A stretch of DNA of 63,737 nucleotides from an uncultured Gammaproteobacteria bacterium. Its GTDB lineage: Bacteria; Patescibacteriota; Patescibacteriia; SBBC01; JACPUP01. The notes beneath the pieces were generated by a model that was not told where the DNA came from, searched no databases, and was given only the letters and a program-made list of their open reading frames with translations. The position numbers and the translations under genes were made by a program. The stretch covers positions 1-63,737 of the forward strand of contig CAYWEH010000002.1 of the NCBI GenBank assembly GCA_964457305.1, given 5' to 3'. How positions within the stretch are numbered: the first letter of the stretch is position 1; every line of letters starts with the position of its first letter. Of the stretch, positions 18,678-27,258 are shown piece by piece.

Positions 18678-19747
18678 CCGCGCCCCCGCTCGAGCGCCCG
18701 CTTGAAGTAGACAACCCAGGGAATCGCCGCCGGCCTGACGCGGTGGAGGAGGGCCAGGTAATAAGACAGCAGGCTGGTTTCCGCGAGAAACCCAAAAGCA
18801 TTCGCCACCGGTGCGCGTCCGAACGTCGGCAGGTGGAACGTCGCCAACCCGCGGCGACGGAAAATCCGCTCGGTCAGCCGAAAACGGCGACGCAGTGGTT
18901 CATCACCCGCGGCGGAAAGGAACACGGCCGCCCCGCGCTTCACCGCCGTCGGAAATCCCAGGCCCTCCAGGAGATGATGATTAAGCTCGGGCAACGCAAA
19001 CGGGCTGGCAAAGGTCTTCGCGTTCTCGTTCAACTGATTGGCGAGGATGTGGGCGTTCCCGAAAAAACGGTCGCTGGCTACCGCCATGACGAAACGCTCC
19101 CGCAACGCCACGGCCAGCTGCTTCAGCGCGTTAGCTCGCGTCGGGACTTCGGGGTGACAGCGGCGCCAGACCGCGGCCGTCGCCGCTTGCGCCGCTCGCT
19201 GTTCCGCCCTCGGGAACCGACGCCACCCCAACGCCGAAAACAGAACGAGGAACGCCGCTGCCGTAAAACCGATCCCCAACCGAGGTTGTCCCGACGGATT
19301 CCGCCGCGTGTCAATGAGATACAACGGCACGCGCCAGCGCCGCGCCAGCGTGGCCAATGCCCCGCCGCCGGCCATGACGATCATCGGCACGCGCCGCTGC
19401 CGGGCCGCCTTGGCCGCCGCGAGCGTCTCGGCCGTTCCCCCGGAATAACTGACGGCCACGACCAAAGAACCAAGACGAACGGCCGCTGGCAGTTGCGGTT
19501 CTCGGACCGCAATGATTGGCGCGGGCAGCGTACTGGCGACCAGCCCGCGGACCAAATCTGCCCCCAACCCCGAACCGCCCATGCCCGCCACGTACACAGA
19601 ACGGCTGGCGCGCATGCGCGCGGTAACCCGGGGACGAAAAGACGCGACGGCATCACCGATCTGCTCCGGCAGCCGCTGCAGAGCCGCCGCAACAGAACCG
19701 TTGTCGAAGCGAGCGTACGGCGAGGCGAGATCAAGGAAAGAGGACAT
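18674..19747 (-). CDS. Bifunctional phosphoglucose/phosphomannose isomerase (SIS domain)
   Basis: VYVAGMGGSGLGADLV...VVAVSYSGGTAETLAAAKAA is a SIS pattern, and the C-terminal half resembles the bacterial PGI/PMI C-domain. The start is at MSSFLDL (19747) or 19780. Confidence 0.75.
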   Translation of the reverse strand: MSSFLDLASPYARFDNGSVAAALQRLPEQIGDAVASFRPRVTARMRASRSVYVAGMGGSGLGADLVRGLVASTLPAPIIAVREPQLPAAVRLGSLVVAVSYSGGTAETLAAAKAARQRRVPMIVMAGGGALATLARRWRVPLYLIDTRRNPSGQPRLGIGFTAAAFLVLFSALGWRRFPRAEQRAAQAATAAVWRRCHPEVPTRANALKQLAVALRERFVMAVASDRFFGNAHILANQLNENAKTFASPFALPELNHHLLEGLGFPTAVKRGAAVFLSAAGDEPLRRRFRLTERIFRRRGLATFHLPTFGRAPVANAFGFLAETSLLSYYLALLHRVRPAAIPWVVYFKRALERGRG

Positions 19748-19867
19748 AGCTGGTGCCGTCAGTGTACCAAATCCGGTCACTGCCTAACAGTCGCAGGCGT
19801 TGACCGAGGGCGGAGAAAATGGTATGTTCAACGCACCTCCGCTGCCTGAACCACTTGGGCTTTTTGT

Positions 19868-20629
19868 ATGTCCGGACACTCGAAATGGTCAACCATTAAA
19901 CGACACAAAGGCGTCGCGGATGCGCGGCGAAGCTCCCTCTTCACGAAGCTCGGCCACGCCATTACCATTGCCGCGCACGACGGCGCCGATCCGACGATGA
20001 ACTTCAAGCTGCGATTGGCCATTGACCGCGCCCGCGCCTTCAGCCTCCCTAAGGAGAACATCGAACGGGCCATTGCGCGAGGAAGCGGCGCCGAAGACGG
20101 AACGACGCTGGAGGAGGTGACCTACGAAGCGTACGGGCCGGGTGGCGTCGCCATCATCATTTCCGCGCTGACCGACAATAAGAACCGTACGACGGCAGAC
20201 GTTCGCAGCGCGCTGAATGCACACGGCGCCTCGCTCGCGTCCGCCGGCAGCGTCCGTTGGCTCTTCGCCCCCAAAGGCCGTGTCCGCATTGCCCGCGAAG
20301 CTTTGGCGGCCATCGGTGAGAACTTGGAGCTGTCCCTCATTGATGCCGGCGCGGAAGATATCACCACCACGGTAGAAGGAACGACGATTACGAGCCCACT
20401 CGGCGCACTCGAGCCGATCCGCCGAGTCCTGAAGACCAACGGCGTCAGTGTCGCCGACGCGGACAGCGAGCTGGTGCCGGCGAACGTGGTCTCACTGTCC
20501 CCAGACCAGGTCCGCGCGCTCGAACGTTTAGAGGAAGAACTCGATGACATCGGCGAAATCCAACGTATCGCAACGAACGCGGCTGACCCCGTTAGAGACC
20601 GGGTCTCTAATGGGGCTGACAGCGCCTAA
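19868..20629 (+). CDS. yebC: YebC/PmpR family DNA-binding transcriptional regulator
   Basis: MSGHSKWSTIKRHKGVADARRSSLFTKL... is the canonical YebC N-terminus. Confidence 0.9.
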   Translation: MSGHSKWSTIKRHKGVADARRSSLFTKLGHAITIAAHDGADPTMNFKLRLAIDRARAFSLPKENIERAIARGSGAEDGTTLEEVTYEAYGPGGVAIIISALTDNKNRTTADVRSALNAHGASLASAGSVRWLFAPKGRVRIAREALAAIGENLELSLIDAGAEDITTTVEGTTITSPLGALEPIRRVLKTNGVSVADADSELVPANVVSLSPDQVRALERLEEELDDIGEIQRIATNAADPVRDRVSNGADSA

Positions 20630-21110
20630 GGCGACGGTGCTCGGGCTCGACCCCGGTATCGCCCGCGTCGGCGTTGCCCTCCTCACCGGCACGCCGCGCC
20701 AGCCGCGGCTTTTGGCCTGCACCACGCTCACGACCCCCCCGAGCAACGACCCGGGTACGCGCCTCGCGGCCATCGCCACATCGGTCGAGAGACTCATCCG
20801 CCGCTACCGACCAACCGTCGCCGTCATGGAAAAACTCTTCTTCCAGAGGAACGTCAAAACCGCTTTGAGCGTCAGCGAGGCCCGCGGCGTGCTTCGCCTG
20901 ACCTGTGCCCGCGCCGGTCTCCGGCTCATCGAATTCACGCCGAACGAAGTGAAACAAGCAGTCACCGGCCATGGCCAGGCGGACAAACGTGCGATTCAGA
21001 AGATGGTCAGGCTGATCCTCGGTTTGCACACTCCCATCCGGAGCGATGACGCGGCCGACGCGGCGGCGATCGCCCTCACCGGCGCCCTCCATCTCCCCTA
21101 TGGACCGTAA
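20610..21110 (+). CDS. ruvC: Crossover junction endodeoxyribonuclease RuvC
   Basis: VLGLDPGIARVGVALL, AVMEKLFFQRNVKTALSVSEARG, EFTPNEVKQAVTGHGQADK and DDAADAAAIAL. The start at 20610 overlaps the yebC end by 20 nt. Confidence 0.9.
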   Translation: MGLTAPKATVLGLDPGIARVGVALLTGTPRQPRLLACTTLTTPPSNDPGTRLAAIATSVERLIRRYRPTVAVMEKLFFQRNVKTALSVSEARGVLRLTCARAGLRLIEFTPNEVKQAVTGHGQADKRAIQKMVRLILGLHTPIRSDDAADAAAIALTGALHLPYGP

Positions 21111-22185
21111 ACGTCGCATCCACGAGCTCGTTGCCACCTCGACTGACGTCCTGCGCGATGTCGCCCTCGAAAACGGCGCCATCGTCGCTGCCAACACGGA
21201 CAAACCGTACTACCCGCGCGAGGCGTCGGACTACCGCTACGTCTGGCCGCGCGACGCTTCGTTCATCTGCGTGGCAGCGGAACGGCTTCACCTGCCGATC
21301 CAAGAACCGTTCTTCCGCTGGCTCGACGAGAACGTTGAGGATTTCCGCAAAGACCGCCTGCTCTACGCGAACTACGCGACCAACGGCCGGATGGGAACGC
21401 TCGGCCACGCCTTTGAGCCCGACCAAATGGGCACGGTGCTCTGGGCCATCGCCGAGCATTTCGGGCACAACCAAGAACGGGCCCGGGCGTTCGAGCCGCT
21501 CATCCGACGTTTGGCGGACGGGCTGTGCGCGGTTTGGGACCACCGCTGCTTTATCCCCAACACGGTTGACCTCTGGGAAGACACCAGCCGCATGACCACT
21601 GCCCGCATGGAAAATAACTTTACCTACTCGCTCGCCGCCTGCGCCCGCGGTCTCTTGCTGGCGAACCACTATCTCCCAACGGCCATTTGGCGGGAAACGG
21701 CCACGGAAATGCTCCGCGAAATTGATGAGGCCTACCGTACGACAGACCGCCTGTTCCTGCGGAACTCCGGCAAACTCGCGGACCGAAACGTTGACGCCTC
21801 GCTCCTCGGACTCCTCTGGCCGTTTGCCGTCGTCGAACCGTCCGACCCGCGCTTTCGGAGCACGGTGGAACGCATCGAAACGACGCTCGTCAGCCAGGGG
21901 GGTGTGCGGCGTTTCCAGTTTGATTACTTCGACAGCGAGGGTGCGGCCTGGGAGGGCGGCGGCGCCTGGCCCCTGCTGAACTTCTGGCTGGCCATCGTCT
22001 GGCACCGTCTAGGCGATGACCACAAAGCCCGCGCCTACTATGACTGGGTGCTCGAGCGGGTAGATCAATTTATCCCCGAACAACTCTTTGACGACTTCCG
22101 CGTTGGCATCTACCCGCTGGCCTGGAGCCACGCCCTCTTTGTCCTGGCCACGGCCGAACTCGGCCTCCTGCCCCCGTCGCTATGA
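21100..22185 (+). CDS. Glycoside hydrolase family 15 (glucoamylase/glucodextranase-like catalytic domain)
   Basis: NGAIVAANTDKPYYPREASDYRYVWPRDASF, QMGTVLWAI, DLWEDT, and WPLLNFWLA (alpha/alpha-barrel). The protein has no signal peptide. Confidence 0.8.
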   Translation: MDRKRRIHELVATSTDVLRDVALENGAIVAANTDKPYYPREASDYRYVWPRDASFICVAAERLHLPIQEPFFRWLDENVEDFRKDRLLYANYATNGRMGTLGHAFEPDQMGTVLWAIAEHFGHNQERARAFEPLIRRLADGLCAVWDHRCFIPNTVDLWEDTSRMTTARMENNFTYSLAACARGLLLANHYLPTAIWRETATEMLREIDEAYRTTDRLFLRNSGKLADRNVDASLLGLLWPFAVVEPSDPRFRSTVERIETTLVSQGGVRRFQFDYFDSEGAAWEGGGAWPLLNFWLAIVWHRLGDDHKARAYYDWVLERVDQFIPEQLFDDFRVGIYPLAWSHALFVLATAELGLLPPSL

Positions 22186-23630
22186 AGAAACACCTGACCA
22201 TCGTCAGTTGCGCCCCTGAGCTCTCCCCGTTCGCCAAGAGCGGTGGCTTGGGTGATGTCGCCATTGCCCTACCGAAACACCTGCTCCAGCTTGGCCACGA
22301 GGTCATCGCCATTCTCCCAATGTACTCATTCCTGAAACGCCGCTCCGGCGAGTTCACCAAAGTCGGCGAGGACGTTATTCGCATCGGGTATAAAAAGTAC
22401 CCGGTGAAGTACTACACGACCACATTCGAAGGACTACCAGTCTACTTCGCGTGGAACGAGGAACTCTTCAGCAGCGCGAAGATGTACGGGTGCGACAACG
22501 ACAATCTCCGTTTCTACTTCTTCGATCTCGCCTGCCTGCAGCTCATCGAGAAACTTAACGTGAAACCCGACATCATCCACTGCCACGACTGGCACACCGG
22601 CCTCATCCCGAACCTCCTGGCGATCCACCACGCCCACGATGGGCGTTTCGCGAAAACCGCCACGGTGTTCACTATCCACAACCTTATTTTCCAAAGGCAG
22701 GGCAATTGGTGGGTCAGTAACGACGATCAGCAGGATAACGGGAAAACAGCACCCTCCACCTCCTTGCGAGAGATACGAAAAATGAACTTTACCGTCCGTG
22801 GGATTCGCTTCGCCACGGTCATCAACACCGTCTCGGAACGCTACGCCCAGGAAATCCTCACGCCAGCATTTGGCCAGGGCTTGGACGGGCTCTTGCGCAA
22901 GCGGGCCGACGATGTCTACGGCATCATCAATGGCATCGACTATTCAGTCTTCAACCCGGCATTTGACAATGCGATCGAATGCAATTACGACTGGCGTTCG
23001 CTCGACAACAAACGGCGGTGCAAAACCGCCCTCCAACACGAAGCTGGCCTCGAGCCCAAAGCCGACATCCCATTGCTTGGCATGGTTCACCGTCTCTCGG
23101 AACAGAAAGGCATCCACCTTATGATGGGGCTCATGCCAACGCTCCTGAAATTGCCCCTGCAAATCTGCGTGGTCGGTTCGGGCGAAAAGGACTACGTCAA
23201 ATTCTTCAAGTCCGTCTCGCACAAGCATCCAAAGAAAGTTGGCGTCATGACCCACTTTACCGACGCCTCGAAGGTGTATGCTGGTTCGGACATGTTCTTG
23301 ATGCCATCACGCTTTGAACCCTGTGGGATTTCCCAAATGATCTCGCTCCGGTACGGGTCGGTACCAGTCGTGCACGAAACCGGTGGCTTGTCTGATACCA
23401 TTACAAACTTCACACCGCGAGCGAAACGCGGTAACGGTTTCGTCTTCTCGACGTACACCCGCGAGGACTTCTTGGTCGCGATTGTTCGAGCGCTCGAGAC
23501 GTACCGGTACCCCGATGTCTGGAAACGCCTCACGGTCCAAGGAATGCGGCAATCGTACTCATGGGAAATCCCGACAAAGAAGTACGTCCAGCTCTACCGC
23601 CGGGCCCTGACGAAGAAAAACCGTCGCTGA
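22182..23630 (+). CDS. glgA: Glycogen/starch synthase (GT5), copy 1
   Basis: SCAPELSPFAKSGGLGDVAIALPKHL, IIHCHDWHTGLIP, and PSRFEPCGISQMISLRYGSVPVVHETGGLSDT. Confidence 0.88.
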   Translation: MKKHLTIVSCAPELSPFAKSGGLGDVAIALPKHLLQLGHEVIAILPMYSFLKRRSGEFTKVGEDVIRIGYKKYPVKYYTTTFEGLPVYFAWNEELFSSAKMYGCDNDNLRFYFFDLACLQLIEKLNVKPDIIHCHDWHTGLIPNLLAIHHAHDGRFAKTATVFTIHNLIFQRQGNWWVSNDDQQDNGKTAPSTSLREIRKMNFTVRGIRFATVINTVSERYAQEILTPAFGQGLDGLLRKRADDVYGIINGIDYSVFNPAFDNAIECNYDWRSLDNKRRCKTALQHEAGLEPKADIPLLGMVHRLSEQKGIHLMMGLMPTLLKLPLQICVVGSGEKDYVKFFKSVSHKHPKKVGVMTHFTDASKVYAGSDMFLMPSRFEPCGISQMISLRYGSVPVVHETGGLSDTITNFTPRAKRGNGFVFSTYTREDFLVAIVRALETYRYPDVWKRLTVQGMRQSYSWEIPTKKYVQLYRRALTKKNRR

Positions 23631-23631
23631 T

Positions 23632-24846
23632 ATGCGCTGGGTCAACATTCTCCATGCGTACCAACCCCCAGACTGGGACCCGGCCATCATCCGCCGCGTC
23701 GCCCAGGAAAGCTACCGACCGCTCACCGAATTCCTCCTGGCGCATCCGGCCGTCCACATTACCTTCAATCTGGCCGGCAGCCTGACCGAACAGCTGGCCG
23801 CCCACGGACAGGGTCGCGTACTGCAAAACCTCAAAAGACTCGTTGGCCGCGGCCAGGTCGAGTGCATGATGATGCCCAAGTACCATCCGATAATCCCGTT
23901 CCTCACTGACGAGGAGCTGGCCGTCCAGGTGTCGGCGAACGAGGCCACGAATCGGAAGGCGTTCGGCGCCCGCTACCGACCGAGGGGGTTTTTCCCACCG
24001 GAACTGGCGTGCGACGACCGCACCGGAAGCCAGGCCGAGGCCGTTGGCGCCCACTGGGTCGTTCTCGATGAACTCGCCTACGCCGGACGCTTTGGCGCCG
24101 TGGGGCCCGAGCAGCACTTTCGCTGGGCCGGCACGGACGTCCGCGTGCTCTTTCGCGACCGCCGCGTGTCGGACTACCTTGCCTTTACCTTACAGCCGGG
24201 ATCCGTCGGCAGCTTCAGCGAACTTATGCATACGCTCCAGGTGCCCGGCGAAACCATCGTGACCGCGATGGATGCCGAGAATCTCGGACACCACCGGCCG
24301 GGAGCCGATCGCGCCTGGCAACAACTCATCACCCAGCCAGACGTCGAGACGCTCACCGTCAGCGCCCTGTTGGCCTTCCCCGGCAAAACGCAGGATATCA
24401 AACCAATCCCGTCCAGCTGGTCAACCGACAACCACGACCTGACAAAACATATCCCCTATCCGCTCTGGGATCACCCGGAGAATCCGGTCCACCGCGCGCT
24501 CCACCGTCTCTTCGCCGAAGCGCGCCAGACCGTGCTTGTTCACCGCCAGCACCCAGGGTACACTGAAGCGCGCCAGCGCCTCGATCGCGCGCAAGCCTCC
24601 GATGTCTTCTGGTGGGCCTCAATGCGCCCCTGGTGGGACGCCCCCATCATCCTCCGCGAGGCGGAAGAACTCTACCGCGCCAGCGAACCGCTCCAGCTGG
24701 TACCGAATCCGCTGACGGCCAGCTGGGAACACGTCCGTTCCGTCACGATCGAATGGGAAACCACTGGCTGGGCGGCCGCGGCCCGCGCCGACTATGTCGA
24801 ACGCCACAAACCCTCCCTCTTCTTCGCTGGGCAACACGTTTCCTAA
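23632..24846 (+). CDS. GH57-family protein (alpha-glucan-active), copy 1
   Basis: MRWVNILHAYQPPDW...ITFNLAGSLTEQL...GFFPPELA...AMDAENLGHH follows the GH57 pattern. Confidence 0.72.
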   Translation: MRWVNILHAYQPPDWDPAIIRRVAQESYRPLTEFLLAHPAVHITFNLAGSLTEQLAAHGQGRVLQNLKRLVGRGQVECMMMPKYHPIIPFLTDEELAVQVSANEATNRKAFGARYRPRGFFPPELACDDRTGSQAEAVGAHWVVLDELAYAGRFGAVGPEQHFRWAGTDVRVLFRDRRVSDYLAFTLQPGSVGSFSELMHTLQVPGETIVTAMDAENLGHHRPGADRAWQQLITQPDVETLTVSALLAFPGKTQDIKPIPSSWSTDNHDLTKHIPYPLWDHPENPVHRALHRLFAEARQTVLVHRQHPGYTEARQRLDRAQASDVFWWASMRPWWDAPIILREAEELYRASEPLQLVPNPLTASWEHVRSVTIEWETTGWAAAARADYVERHKPSLFFAGQHVS

Positions 24847-24849
24847 CCT

Positions 24850-26238
24850 ATGCACTGGGCGAATTTCCTCCACATCTACCAGCCGCCGACGCAAAAAGCT
24901 TCCTGGGTGAAAAAAATCGCGAACGAATGCTACCGCGTGCTCCTGGCGGGCTTGAAGCGGAACCCGAAAGCGAAGCTCACGCTGAACGTCAACGCCAGCT
25001 TGACCGAACTCTTCGAACGCCACGGCTGCCATGACGTCATCAACGACATCCGGCTCTTGGCGGAACGCGGCCAACTCGAACTCACGGGCAGCGCTAAATA
25101 CCACCCCTTCCTGCCGCTCATGCCGGAGGACGAAATCCGCCGACAAATCGAATTGAACACGGAGACCAACCGAGCGTTTTTCGGTTCGACCTATGCACCG
25201 AAAGGTTTCTTTCCGCCCGAGATGGGGTACCACCGCACCGTCGCCGACGTGGCCCGCTCCCTGGGGTTCCAATGGATCATCATTGACGAACTCGCCCACA
25301 CGGGGAGGATGCACGAGACGCGCTGGGACACCCTCTATACCCTCCAGGGGACGGACGACTTCACCATCTACTTCCGCGATCGTGATGCGAGCTTCCGTAT
25401 TCTCTCGGCCGAAGTGGGCATCAGCGTTTTCTCCGCCGGCATGCTCTTGAAAGTCCTGGGGAACCGGTTGGCGAAACGAGATGAGTTCCTTTTGACGGCC
25501 ATGGACGGCGAGACGTTTGGGCATCATCGGCCCGGGCTCGACACGCTGCTGTTTGAACTGTACGAGGTGCCGGAACTGCCGTCCGTGACCCTGTCAGAAC
25601 TGCGAGCGAAAATCGCCCGCCGCGAATCCGTCGAGCCGCTTCCCTCAAGTTGGGCGCTGATGAAAAAAGACCTCGAACAACACACGCCGTTTTCGCGCTG
25701 GAAGGACGAACACAACGAAATCCATCAACGGCAGTGGAAGCTGACTGACCTCGCCATCGCGACGACCCGCCGGCTCCCGCCCGCCGCCCCCGCCTACCCG
25801 ACCGTCCGGGCGGCGCTCGACCGGGCGGTGCATTCCGACCAATACTGGTGGGCGTCGGCGAGCCCGTGGTGGTCTATTGAAATGATCGAGGCCGGGGCCA
25901 AGGACCTTCGCGACGTCGTGTTGGGGAATCCGGCGGCAACCGAGGTGGAACGGCATCAGGCGATGACGCTCTACCAAAACATCGTCTTCACGGCCTTCGA
26001 GTGGCAACGGACTGACAAGATCGCTGAACTCATCAAAGCCTCGGACGAAGATGTGACGCAACGGATCACCAAAGAGGTCCCCTACATCCCCCTGGCCGAG
26101 TTTAATCGCATGGTCGCCAACCTGGAACGGCAAATGCACACGGCGGCCGACCACCAAGAGTATGAACGCGCCGCCCAGCTCCGCGACCGCGTGAAAGAGC
26201 TCCAACTAAAGAAAGACGAGATCACCCGGTCTGACTGA
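24850..26238 (+). CDS. GH57-family protein, copy 2, with C-terminal UVR motif
   Basis: MHWANFLHIYQPP...LTLNVNASLTELF...GFFPPEMG...AMDGETFGHH. The C-terminus, LERQMHTAADHQEYERAAQLRDRVKELQ, matches the UvrB/UvrC-type UVR motif. Confidence 0.72.
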   Translation: MHWANFLHIYQPPTQKASWVKKIANECYRVLLAGLKRNPKAKLTLNVNASLTELFERHGCHDVINDIRLLAERGQLELTGSAKYHPFLPLMPEDEIRRQIELNTETNRAFFGSTYAPKGFFPPEMGYHRTVADVARSLGFQWIIIDELAHTGRMHETRWDTLYTLQGTDDFTIYFRDRDASFRILSAEVGISVFSAGMLLKVLGNRLAKRDEFLLTAMDGETFGHHRPGLDTLLFELYEVPELPSVTLSELRAKIARRESVEPLPSSWALMKKDLEQHTPFSRWKDEHNEIHQRQWKLTDLAIATTRRLPPAAPAYPTVRAALDRAVHSDQYWWASASPWWSIEMIEAGAKDLRDVVLGNPAATEVERHQAMTLYQNIVFTAFEWQRTDKIAELIKASDEDVTQRITKEVPYIPLAEFNRMVANLERQMHTAADHQEYERAAQLRDRVKELQLKKDEITRSD

Positions 26239-26241
26239 TCT

Positions 26242-27258
26242 ATGGGTCCGCGCGCCTCAACCACTCGTGCTGCACCGGCTTGGCCCGCGGGCCCGCGCGG
26301 TCTCCGCGGTTTTCTCCGCCGCCCGGGCGCGCTGGAACAGTTCTTCCGCCAGCACTTCCGCCGCTTCGTCACTGACGCCCATGAGTTCGTTCGGGCCGAC
26401 GTCCGCTTTCCCGAAGCGTTCTCGCCCTCGAGCGTTCTTACCCACGTGGCCGTCACCGTGCGTTCAGCCCGCACCCAAACGACCGTCCGCCTGCGGGGGA
26501 ATCGCGTGTCGCCCGAGAGCATTCGCGTTCTCCGTACCCTCTGTCGAGCCGGCACCCTCCGCGTTCCGTGCCCGCGGTGGTACTACGCCCGGGCCGGGTA
26601 CTTCTTCTATGAAGAGCTCTCGGGGAACCGACTGCGCGACGTAAACTTCCGCCGTGCCCGCATCAAGCAGATCATGGCTGCCGTTGGTACCACCCTCGGC
26701 TCGCTGCATCGAGTACCGGCCGCCGGACTGCCGAGGCTCTCCTGGCACCAAGAACGGCTCGCCCTGGCCGCCCTGCGTCGCCATCTGGCGCAGGCCCGCT
26801 TCCAGCAAGGACCCGCGCTTCACTCCGCCCTCCGTCATCTGCACGCCTGGGAGCAGCGTTGGTGGCAGCGTTTGCCGCAGGTTGTTTGCCACAACGATTT
26901 CCAAGGCAGCAACATCCTCGTCGGACAAAACGGGAACATCTCACTCATTGATTTTTCGCGGAGCGGACGCGGCCCTTTGCCCATTGACGCCGGTCAGTTC
27001 ATCGGGCACCTGACGGTGATGCTGGCCCCGCGTGTCTCGTCTGCCGCCATTGGCCGCTTGCGGACCGTGTTCTTGGGCGCCTACCGCCGTCGCTTGCCAG
27101 CACCGTGGCGACGCATCTTCGACGCGTCGCTGCCCGGCTTCGAATTACGCATTGCCCTGGAAATCCTTGGCGTCTCTTCGCTGTTCCTGAAAGGGAAGCG
27201 GCGAGATCGCATCCTCGCGCCATTGCTCACGCACCTGCCACCACTCCCTCGCCTATGA
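26242..27258 (+). CDS. Aminoglycoside-phosphotransferase-fold (APH/ChoK-like) kinase, substrate unknown
   Basis: Catalytic loop VCHNDFQGSNILV and metal-binding LIDFS (HxDxxxxN ... IDF). The gene sits inside the glucan operon, and its stop overlaps the next ATG. Confidence 0.6.
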   Translation: MGPRASTTRAAPAWPAGPRGLRGFLRRPGALEQFFRQHFRRFVTDAHEFVRADVRFPEAFSPSSVLTHVAVTVRSARTQTTVRLRGNRVSPESIRVLRTLCRAGTLRVPCPRWYYARAGYFFYEELSGNRLRDVNFRRARIKQIMAAVGTTLGSLHRVPAAGLPRLSWHQERLALAALRRHLAQARFQQGPALHSALRHLHAWEQRWWQRLPQVVCHNDFQGSNILVGQNGNISLIDFSRSGRGPLPIDAGQFIGHLTVMLAPRVSSAAIGRLRTVFLGAYRRRLPAPWRRIFDASLPGFELRIALEILGVSSLFLKGKRRDRILAPLLTHLPPLPRL

